Assembly (NCBI RefSeq): GCF_036321535.1
Contig: NC_087436.1
Coordinates: 76,510,001-76,574,000, forward strand
Direction: 5' to 3'
Length of the DNA: 64,000 nucleotides
DNA from: Camelus dromedarius
Lineage: Eukaryota
Position numbers and translations under genes: made by a program. The number at the start of each line of letters is the position of its first letter. Position 1 is the stretch's first letter. The notes below the pieces were generated by a model. It was not told the DNA's origin, ran no database searches, and was given only the letters and a program-made list of their open reading frames with translations. This document shows positions 1 to 10,363 of this stretch, piece by piece.

Positions 1-27
1 GGTGAATCTGAGATAACCAATTTACCC

Positions 28-140
28 TCTAATAGCCAGCACCATTTATGGAGTGCCCACCATGTGCCAATCCCTTTCCAAAAAAGAACCCAAACTATAT
101 TAGAAACCTGCAAGGCAAAGGTCATTATCTCAATTTCTTA
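28..140 (-). mobile_element. MIR-like SINE fragment
   Basis: atagccagcaccatttatggagtgcccaccatgtgcca ... attatctcaatttc resembles the reverse of the MIR core and 3' end. Confidence 0.5.
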
Positions 141-664
141 GTTGCTTGCAAATGACAAATCCAGTTAAAACAAAATTAAGCAGAAGCAGGGGACTTCATT
201 AGAGAGACATTGGACTGTCTCACAGAATTCAAAGGTCAGGTAGTGCTACTTTCATAGTTTCATTATAAGGTAACTATGGTTTAAAAAAAATATCACAGCC
301 TTTACTTCCAGGTATTAAACTGCAATTTCAAATTTTCTTTAAGATGGAAAATCATTTTTGGTGTTTTTCCTCATATTTTCCATCTATGAGTGAAAATAAA
401 TGTCCAATCGATTCATAAACCAGCTAAATAATTTTCATAAACCTGCTACCTAGCTTGTAATGCTTTCAGACTTAGAGGAGTGCACAGTAATCAACTCTAA
501 CAAGTGCAATAGAGCTTCACATTTGGTTTTTATTTCTGTCACTTGTCTGAGTCCTCAGCAAAGCACTGCCAGGCCCCAGTCTCCCTCACACCTTCCTCGT
601 GCAGTGAAGGGGCTGGTCCGCGCACTGACTGGGGAAAGGGCCACGGAAGTAGGATTGGCAAGAC

Positions 665-1632
665 TGTAGCAGTAGAGGCTACCGTCTGTCCTCACCATTT
701 AAGCATATCTCCACCGTGCTAATGGAGTACTTGGGGACCCTGAAGCTAAATGCTCCTAATCTTGTTTAATTTACCACCATCCTTGGAATCTACCTTTCAA
801 ACCAGCTTGTCTGCTGGACTCTGCTTTGAGATTCTGCTCCAGTGTCCAACTCCGTATAGGAATGCCCTGTACGCCAAGCCTGACTCAACACTTAGTCTCC
901 AGACAGAGAGCATACATCAGTGCACAAGACCTGGGTTAGAACATTAGGTAGTGGGAGCGAGGATGAGGTAAGATAAGCTCCCTCAGGAAGTCTGATTTCT
1001 TTTCACTCCTGAGGTCGTTTGGGATGGGAAGTCCGTGATGATGGGATAGTGTTGAGCTGTGTTGGAAAGGCAGTCTGGTGCATGTGGTCTTTGGACCCCC
1101 CTAATAGATCACACAGAAAAGGACCTTGGGCCTGGGACACTTCCTCACTAAAAGATAAAGAGTTCACACAGTCTGTGCTGGATTTATTGCCTACTGTGGG
1201 AATATCTTTCCCTGTTTTCCAGCTCAGTGTGTGCGCCTTTGTACTGCTTAAGTGTGTGTGTTAATATGGCACTGCACCAACCCTACTACTAAACCTGTCC
1301 TCCATGGGGAGGGGATGGGGTCCATCCACTGTGGCATGTGAGGGGTTAAGGAGGCCAGTTGCTACGGGGAGAAATCCTCTGGCCATGGGGGACCAATGCC
1401 CACTATTGGAGCTGATCTTCTTCTGTCTCTTCTCTTTGAAATAAAACACTGTTCCATCCATCCAGTAGACTATGTTATGTTTTCCTGGGCAAATTCAATA
1501 CTAAGATGCAATGGGCAGAAGTGTATAGACTTTTATTCCTACTAGTCAATGTAATAATGATGCTCTTTGCTATCCTCCATGTAGTTGGCGTCCTCCCCTG
1601 GGTTTGCTAACCAGTGCAAGGTGTTCTGTTCA
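665..1632 (+). mobile_element. ERVL-class solo LTR (MER54/MER73/MER74 group)
   Basis: Recalled motifs aaggaccttgggcctgggacacttcctcac, aataaaacactgttccatcc (polyA signal) and gatgcaatgggcagaagtg...tttgctatcctcc; about 950 bp with TG...CA ends; left boundary uncertain. Confidence 0.65.
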
Positions 1633-2642
1633 ATAAGGTGATTCTGCCTTTCACTTACAACAAAGACCTGCTTCCATTAGACTATTCTCCTATCACCAGA
1701 TGAGAGCAAGATCCTACTGGGCAGTTTGACAGGAAGTGGACACATTCACGTAGCCTATGTATGTAGTATCCCTTGGAACGCAACCACAGACAGGATGTGT
1801 GTGCGTGGTACCCCTTGGAGCTGTGCAAGAAGAAAACTGCTGTTCCTTGAGTTTACCTCATACGGGAGATGAGTTATGCAGAGTCTGTGCTCTGTTCAAT
1901 GATCAGAAATGGGTAGATAATATTTGGGCACAGATATAAAATTTGTACAGGCAGAGGGAGTTTAATCAAGCCTGAAAAAGAAATGATTGCATGTTACTTC
2001 TTGGAAGGAGTCATTTAGTATGCTACATTACCAATGAGTTAATTTAACTGTTTGGGGGGGAAAAACCATGAAATATTGTGCTCATGTACACTTAGCAGAG
2101 GAACAGTATTATTTTAATTTAGAAACTGTTACCCCTTGTCATATGTACCCACTAGGTGAGCAAACTGATTCTTTCATATGTGTGAATCTACTGAATAAAA
2201 ATAGACAGTTACTTTGTACCTTCCCAGTATCTGTGTCTTGTGCTAGGACTGAGTTCTAATGTTTTGTCTTTGTTCTTCATAATGGCACTGTTTTGTAATA
2301 CTTTTCAAAATGCAAGACTCTCCAAACTTCATAGCTGACTTCCCTGAAAGCACACTGTCTCACAGGTTCACTGGACTGAAAATGTAGTTCTGGTTCAAGA
2401 GCACAGCCAGCACAAGGATAAAATGCATCCTGTCCAGGAAAGGCCTGGCTGAGCATGTCACAGCACTAGTCACCTTTCCAGTCTGGAGATGTTAAGAATA
2501 CAGTTTCACCATGCAGCAGTTTGGTCCCACTAAGCTCTATTGGAAAACACCGAAACTCTTAGACATTTTATCAACCTTTAAAGCCCTATTTCATTTCCTG
2601 GACATTCATTCCCTTGAAAATCTGATGCCTCTTGAAATTTAA

Positions 2643-2662
2643 ATATATATATATATATATAT
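2643..2662. repeat. (AT)10 microsatellite
   Basis: Read directly from the sequence. Confidence 0.95.
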
Positions 2663-3199
2663 AAACTTAAAATGTAACACTTGGAGAGGTTTAAGTTTAA
2701 ATAAGGTAACGTTTATAAATCAGGTAGCTTGATGCCTGGAAAATAGGAAACCCTCAATAGACATTATCATTATTGTCATAAGTCTTCTACACTTAGTATT
2801 CAACTGAGATTTTGCCAACTGTTTTTAAATTACACATAAAATCCACATAAGTGTTAAATAAATTTGACTACTCTAGGTGTCAGCATAGAAAATCATAAAA
2901 TGGTGTGAAAGTTTAAAATACAAAGTTGGCAATTACTTTTCTGTCTAGTTGAAGGAGTTAATGAGTGACTGTGAGCTCGATCATCTATGTAACTCAACTG
3001 TGTCAAGATTTACAGTATTCAGCTGAGATTTGGATTCAGGGTCCTGCAGCTTGGAGTCATGACCTGATTCAGTCCCAGTTCTCCTGTATAGTAGCTTGAA
3101 GTGATTCACAGGTGCTGCTTGATCCAGATTCTCTACTTTTTACTGAACTACTCTTCCTGAACAAAGACTCTTCAAAGACATTTCACATCCAGAAAGCAG

Positions 3200-3458
3200 A
3201 ACAAAGGTTAAGAATGTGGAATTTAGCATCTGATGCATCTAGTTGGGTCTCATTTCTAACACTCACTAGCTATATGACCTTGGAATAGTTCCCAAACCTC
3301 CCTAAAATTCAGTTTCTTCATCTGGAAACTGAAAATAAAATTAGTATTAACTTCATAGTTGGCTGTGAAGATTTGACAACTTAGTAAAGAAATGTTCATA
3401 GTACAGTACTTGCAACATGCTTGAGTTTTGAAAAGTTGCTGGTTCTGACAATTATTAT
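3200..3458 (+). mobile_element. MIR SINE, near full length, followed by a second MIR core fragment to about 3570
   Basis: ggttaagaatgtgg...cactagctatatgaccttgga...cagtttcttcatctggaaa...ggctgtgaagatt matches the MIR layout. Confidence 0.85.
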
Positions 3459-4479
3459 CTTTCTCATTATTTTGTCTCAGTTTTCTCATCTCTAAAAATA
3501 AAATAATTATATCAGCTTTGTCCATATTATAGGCTGTTTTTAATATCAAGTGAGGGAATGTGGTTTATAAAACTAGATATATAGAAAGAAAATTTATAAA
3601 TTATTTTATTGGGCAGAAAAAAAATACTTGGAAAACAGCGTCAAATGCTAAGGCTTATAGAATGTCTTACCAGAAGCCAATCGTAAGGTTCTCTTATGTT
3701 TACTACTGTTAAGAGTAAAACAGTAAAACTGGGACTGTAATTAATTTTACCTAGCTGCTGCAACCTGTGTAGGAGAAAACTACATTATCTTAGGTCAACA
3801 GGTTAATTTAGTTAAAGTTAAACTTACTGGTGTCATATTTATGAAGGATCCGTTTCAGTAAAATTTTTCTTTTTCAATTAACAGATGGGATACTGTATTT
3901 TATTGCTGTTCTCAATATTCTTCAGATAGGAAGGCTGCTGTTTCTAAATGTCCAATCTTTTTTAAGTTTCTCCGAAAATTAAAAACATGGAAGACTGTTA
4001 ACCCAGTGGTAAATATTTCTTGAAACCTATGTACCTAGAGATGTCTTGTTTTTTTCATAGACAGATTTATGTGTTCTTTATACTCCTCTAAGCAGATTGC
4101 CAGATTTTCACTCTCTAATTTATAACGTAGGGTCTGGACACGCTGAAGAGTTGTTTAGCACTGTATTACAGAGTTCTTAAATGGTTTGGGGAGGTTTTTC
4201 AAAGATATTTTCATAAAGTTACTATGTAGATGTTCTGATTTTTTTCTTTCAAAACTAAACTCTTGATACAAATGCAAAAAAAATGCATTATAATATATGT
4301 TCATATCAAGACTCATCTGAAAATACTTAGTGCAACTTATCGAAATAGTCTTCAAATTCAGGCTTTTTTCCTGATATACTGGTCAATTGAATTGAATCTA
4401 GAGTGGAGAATTCAAACAAATAGCAAATGTGCACAAAATGAGACACAAATAAGCTGGCTGTAATGATTGGAATTAAAAG

Positions 4480-5526
4480 TAGCCTTTTCTCGTCTCTTGT
4501 CTGACCTTAAATGAGATATTTTCTAAGAATCTATCTTTAATTCACTTCCCTTTTCAATAATGCTTTCCATGAGATATTGGATCCAATCATTTTCATTTAA
4601 ATTCTACTCTTTCAGTGACTTTCCAATCTCTTCCTTTCTTTTGAAGTTCATATCTATATTTGCAAATGTCCACAGAAAATTCTACCAGTGTGTCCTATAT
4701 GACTGACCATCACTGAACTTTCCTCCCCACTCTTTCCCATATATCTGTTCTTCTTTTTCCCATATATATGTTCTTTTTTATATGTCCTATATTATTGAAT
4801 GACATTGCATCCACCTAAACCTGCAAAGTAAAAATCTAAGAATCATGATCAGCTTTTCTTTTTCACCCATTTCCATGTCTGAATGTCTCTCAGTACTGTC
4901 TGTTCTGTCACCTAAATCACTATTTTAGTCCTGTTTCTCTCCATTTCTTTTATATTGCATTTTATCTCTGTCTCTGTCCCTACTCTCCCTCTCCTCCAAT
5001 ATAACCACATTTGTCAAAGCTGGGTTTGTAAAATATGTATCTCCTCATGTTATATGTTAAAATCCTTCCTTGGGCTACTCTCACCATTAAAATTCAAATA
5101 CTTATGTGCCAAGTAAGAGCCTTAATGACCAAGCCTCATTTTATCTTTATAGGCTTGGGTTTTCAATGGTCCCACTGTCCATGTTTATACTCTATGTGAT
5201 GCATTTTATTTGGTATTCTCTTCTGACTTTCAATGTTAAGCAGGCAAATTCACACTGACTCTCTAATATTTTGCCCAAATATTTCTGTGAAGTTTTCTTG
5301 ACATTCCTTTTCCCCATTTCTCTCTGGAGTTGTACAGTGCCACAGCTCTGTTGTGTGTGCATGTTGTATGCATGTGTTTATAACTATAATTGTTGCTTTA
5401 TTGATTTTTCTCTGCTACTAAATTGGCTGTGAGGTCTTTGAGGAATTTTGCCATTTATATCTTTAATTTCCTGTACTTAGCTGGTCACCCAATAAATGTC
5501 ATTATCTCTTTTGAATGAATGAATGA
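4480..5526 (+). mobile_element. L2 LINE 3' portion
   Basis: Pyrimidine-rich L2 3' region ending aataaatg...gaatgaatgaatga. Confidence 0.75.
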
Positions 5527-6881
5527 GAGATGAGTTAGGCTATCCACCTCAGACTAGAAGATGAATCCTCCTCTGCAATTCACTATGTTTACACCTTTGA
5601 TATAAATTTTTAGAGTTTTAGAGAGTGTGAAAACTAATTCAACCATTTCTTGTCTAAAATGAGTGTTTCCTCACAAATTACTTCTCCATGTGGTTATTAT
5701 TGTATTAAACACACCAGTCAAATGTGTTTTGATTCACACATTAGTCAAATTTAGTCAGATTCATTGTTTTTGTCATTGGCAAGAATAGACTTTAAATTTT
5801 TTCCTCTAGATATTTTACATCCAGAAATTATGATCTCTGAGAATACAGTTTCTTACATCATTTAGGGCTGATTGTCTCCCGTATAAATGTTGGCTGAGTT
5901 TGGTTTCCAAATGGGACTCATGTTAAAGCTAGAGAGAACACTGGGTTCAAAGTATAAAATAAGTGAGTGTTATAGAGGGATGATTACCAGGGCAGTGTGT
6001 GTGTGTGTGTCTGTGTGCAGTGTGTATTCTGATGGTCCACTTTCCATATTAACAGGGCTCATAAAAGCATCTTGTACAGCATGTTTTTTTTTTCGTATCA
6101 AACAGCATTATACTGTCTCTGTCTGAAAATTATGGAAAGTTGTCTCTTTTGCATATTAGTACAGGATGTGATCCATTGGTTTGGGTTACTGTTACTTAGA
6201 TACGTCTCATAGTCCTCCTATCCCCAGACTATTCAGTTCAAGCCCAGAGGTACTGCTCCTGGTACTTGACTATAAAATTTTGTATGTACCACCAAGAGAA
6301 AGAGATGTTACCCCACAAGGCTTTAAATTTTAAATTTTAACACTTGTCAGAAATATTAGCACTTATCACATTGTGCATTGCTATTTAAGTAAGGCATTCA
6401 TGTCTCTGTCCATATAATATAAATGTGACTTGACCCAATCTGCCAGAAAGGCCCTTGGAGACTTTGTTGTGACAAGACTTATTTCTCCTCTTGGGCAAGA
6501 TTTGAAACCAGAGCCATGAGCATTTACACTGGTCAGTAATTCCCAGACACTTTTTTGGATAAGATACAGAGAACTGCCTTCAGCCTCAGCCCACTTCCAT
6601 TTGACTAATTTTCCTGCACCTGTTAAAACTGTTCTGCACACTGAGTGGCCTCCATACTCTCCAGATAGTTTGTCTCAGGCCACAGAATCGTGTCTCTGTG
6701 CATGATTAAAATATTGATATGTCCTGCCAGAGTGCTTGGCTTTGTTTTTCAGTGCGCTTGGTGCACGAAACTGGACTAAATGCTTAGTGCTGAGAGATAT
6801 TATGTTATAGATGGGTGCTGCTCTGATAAGACAAAACTCCGAGTCTCTAGTTTAACTCTCTTTTATTCTTTTAATGGCTGC

Positions 6882-7385
6882 TGTAACAGGAACGAGTTTA
6901 GCTGCAAATAACAGAAAATCTGACTAAGAGTGGTTTAAAAAGAGGGGGTTTTATTTTTCTTGCACAACCAGAAACCTAGGGGGAGGTAGTCCAGACTGGC
7001 ATAACAGGGACCCAGAATCTCCTTCCACTGAGTCATCTTAACATATTGTCTTTTGTCCTCATGCCTTTCAGATCGTGGTCACCAGATGGCTATTGCCCTT
7101 CCAGGCTTCCAGTTTCAGGCTTCATGTCCCAGGCATGAAGAAGAGGAAGGGGGAAAGGACAAAATGTCTTTCTCCCAGTGTAGCTTTGTCTCTTAGGAAG
7201 GAAGAGACAGTCTCCCCTGAGACTTCTGCCTACATCTCATTGGCCTGAGCTGTGACACATAGCCATCCCTAGCTTCAAGGGATATGGAGTAACTTAGTAG
7301 TTTTTACTTTCAAACAAAGTTTAGATCAGTCAGTAAGGAAGACTGGGGTAGTGCGTTTTGTGAGGACACCCAGCCGCATCTTCAC
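6882..7385 (-). mobile_element. MaLR solo LTR (MLT1J/K-like)
   Basis: ttagctgcaaataacagaaaatc...agatggct...gacttctgcctacatctcattggcc...agccatccctagcttcaaggga are MLT1J/K hallmarks. Confidence 0.8.
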
Positions 7386-7394
7386 AGCTGCACA

Positions 7395-8056
7395 GTGTCC
7401 CCATAATAGGTCTTCAGATTTACTCAGCCTTCTGCACTCTGCTCTGTACTGCAGGGGTGGATCTCTATGTCTGTGTTCAACAGCCCCCCACATCCTTTCT
7501 TACATCACGTTCCCTAGAAGCAGACCCCGAAATGGGGATCTGAGGACACATGACATATCAAGAGAGTGCTTTCAGGAGAAAGCAGCAGGGGAGTGGGGGT
7601 GGCAGGTGGGGAAAGGGAAGGAGCTACAGAGGAATGTGGTTTCACGTGAGATCTAGCTTTGGTTGATCCCAGGGGGAGCTCTGGAGTGTAAGTTGTGACA
7701 CAGAGCCATTTCCAACTTCAGGAGAGGGAGCAGGGTTTTTATAGCACCCCCTAGTCAGTCACAGAGGATGTGTAACTCCTAGGCACCTCCAGGGAAGGTG
7801 ACCTCAATCATTCAGCGGTAATGCTATAAGAAGGGTGCAGGTGTAAGCCTTTAGCCAAAGCATCTGCAGCAGCTGGGGAATGGGCACACCAACCAAATCC
7901 TTGAGAGTGATTTCAGTGTGCTGGGCTGCAACCAACAGCTTCTACATGAGCTTTCTAGTTTCCCTTGGTTTGGCCACTGGGGAGCTAGAGCTGGTCATCA
8001 GCAAGAAGAAGAGAAGGAGGTCAAGGTGTTTATTCCCTTAACTTCCTCCCTGCTGA
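7395..8056 (+). mobile_element. ERVL LTR33-like fragment split by an LTR16A insertion (parts at about 7395-7495 and 7947-8056)
   Basis: The left part (cttcagatttactc...ctctgctctgt...ctctatg) and right part (ggtttggccactgggg...gaggtcaaggtgtttattccc...cctccctgc) are consecutive in the LTR33 consensus. Confidence 0.65.
7496..7946 (-). mobile_element. ERVL solo LTR (LTR16A-like)
   Basis: gttccctagaagcagacc...gagtgctttcaggaga...gatcccagggggagctctggag...gcagctggggaatggg is the reverse of LTR16A. Confidence 0.8.
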
Positions 8057-9342
8057 ATTTCTTCCTAAGAACTCTCCAGTATATAAGAAAATGTCAACTT
8101 AAGACTGATAAAGCAACTAGACTCCATTTAAAAAGACATGAGGCACACTAGAAGAACTAAGCTAAACAAAAAATCCTAAAACAAAGAGTGAATCAGACTT
8201 TCACAGATAATAAAATTAATTTTGAATTTGTTCTATTCACTGTTACTGAATACAAAAAAAAAACCAGACATTTCACTTTTAAAAGGGTTTTTTTTAATTT
8301 AGAGAAAATTTTTTTCCTTTAAATTGTGAGAAACTGCATACAAAATATGCAACAAAGTGACATTCCTTTAAAATGTGTAGAAGAAAGAAGGGCTTGGAAA
8401 TGTTTGCATGACTATGAAGGAGAAGATTCACATGCAGATGATTCTTAAACTAATTTCTATAGAGACTTTTCCAGACATTATAGATCAAGTATAGTCTTGA
8501 CTGAAGAGAGATCTGAAACAGAAATTAGCAAGATACTACATTTAAAATTTTAAAATATCCTAGTATTGAAAAACCTTAAAGCAGAACTTAAATACTGTAT
8601 GGACCTAGTTATTGCTTTAAGAAGAGGTAAAATTGCTATCTAGTTGATAGTGATTTATATGCTACACTTAAAATATTTTGCAATAATTTCTGTGATAATA
8701 ATTTATTATATATGACCCATTACATTAAAAGTGATTTGTAAAGTTGATGGTTGATTTCCAAATATAAGGAATGTCTTTAAAATGTCGTCAAAAATTTTAA
8801 GTGCAACTCAGAAAAATGAAGATTCTCTGAATGAAAATTAATTGAAATGATCCATCAAAGAGCTACAACATCTTGAAAAAGAATTGCTAATCTACCACTG
8901 CTGTAAATAAAACCCAAATTATGTGCAAATATTGATTATAGCAACATACCTTGTAGTTATCCTGAAATGAAAGCAAAAATAAATTTTATCAAACATATAA
9001 TACTTAATGAATACATATAATACTTAACTATGTATCTCTTTATTTTATTATTTGCTCGAGCATCACAAGCCTAAAGAGGACTTTCAGACAAGCACAGTAA
9101 TAATTCAATTCAGCTATCTTGGGTACTTTGCTGAGTTGCAGTCATATAAAAAGTAACTGTATTCGTAAGATACATGTATATATAGATCTCATTTCTATTA
9201 AGGTACAGTTATCAAGGTAGGAGGACAGAACATGTTCTATTTATGAATTGTTAGCTTGATTTATAAACTTTAAATATTAGGCATGTGTTATGTCAGCCTC
9301 CATGTGTTCTTTTGTTCCAGGCCCACACATGTTAGAGGCAGG
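8057..9342 (+). mobile_element. Arthur1-like hAT-Tip100 DNA transposon, 3' part with a decayed transposase
   Basis: Hand translation across frameshifts gives IETFPDIIDQV*S*LKR, ELKYCMDLVIALRRG/LVDSDLYATLKIF and FPNIRNVFK/RFSE*KLIE/KRIANLPLL*IKPKLCANIDY (hAT C-terminal dimerisation domain pattern). The terminus ccaggcccacacatgttagaggcaggc matches the recalled Arthur1 end. Confidence 0.8.
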
Positions 9343-9519
9343 CACCTGCCTCTCTCTTGCTACTCAAGACAAGTTCAAACACCTGACCTCTACCAGCACT
9401 CTGTGACATTTCAGCCATTGCAGTAAACTTTGTTTTGTCAACAGTGTTTTAAGGATGGTTTAGGACTTAGTTAACAAAGGAGTTAGGTTTTCCCCATTTC
9501 AACAGTTTGAATAATTGAA

Positions 9520-9750
9520 GTAATACTATACAGACTCAGAGCAAAGGCTTTAAGGTCCAATATGAATTTAAAATCTGACCTCATCTATAGTATAGTTATT
9601 CTCTAAGTAGATGAGGTCAAGTTAATTAACCTCTTCTGTCTTTCATTTCCACCTCCAAAATAAAGATAATTTCATTACTTCTTTGGGTTGTTGTGAAGGC
9701 TAATAGGCTTTAGCCCAGTAAACATTTACTATGAAGTAGCTGTTGTTTAT
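9520..9750 (+). mobile_element. MIR SINE with an internal inverted repeat
   Basis: aagttaattaacctc...gggttgttgtgaagg...tagctgttgtttatt. Confidence 0.7.
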
Positions 9751-9760
9751 TGTCCTTGTT

Positions 9761-10363
9761 GTCAGGCCAACAGAGCACATAGCGAGACAGCACGCACACC
9801 AGGCCTGCCAGAGCTGCATTTTGGGGAAAAAAACTTGGAGACAGGAACAGCAGCAGACCCTGGTGTGGGACCCTGGTTGTCCACGCACTCTTGGGCAGTC
9901 CCAGAAGTCTAGCCAAGTCAGACTTCCAACCTTGGGAGAAAGGCTTTGTCCTTCAGATCGTAGGGGGTCTTAAGAGCATAATTACAGAACATCCATCCAC
10001 TGCCTGGCCTAAGCAGGGACTGGGACGTGTTAGCAGTGTGGTGTGGAGGAATCTTTGCTCTAGCCTTACTTGGCCAGCAAACGAGTGCTTCTGTGGGGAG
10101 AGCAGAGGCCCCAACTCTGGTGCAATTAGGGGGCTGGGTCCCAGTGGAGCTGAATAACAAGGCAGGATTGCTGCCACATCAGCGTTTCTGTTTGGGGAAG
10201 CTCTCCCCCTCATCTGCTGTGATGAGGAGGGTGGCGGTTCCAGGCTTGGCTTGACCAAGATCTGTGGCTTTAAGGACAGGGCAGTGGCTAGTTTTCTAGG
10301 TGATCTGTAGGTGGTCAGCTCCTCTTCTGGGAGCCTGGTGGGGACCAGTCTTGGACAAGTAAC
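9761..10363 (-). mobile_element. Unclassified GC-richer LTR-like segment
   Basis: Sharply bounded segment of about 600 bp; on the minus strand it ends in U5-like gtgtgcgtgctgtctcgctatgtgctctgttggcctgaCA; family not recognised. Confidence 0.35.

Noticed and set aside
640..660. ETS (cggaagt) next to an inverted CCAAT box, promoter-like
   Set aside because: No CpG island or other promoter evidence; short motifs at an LTR edge
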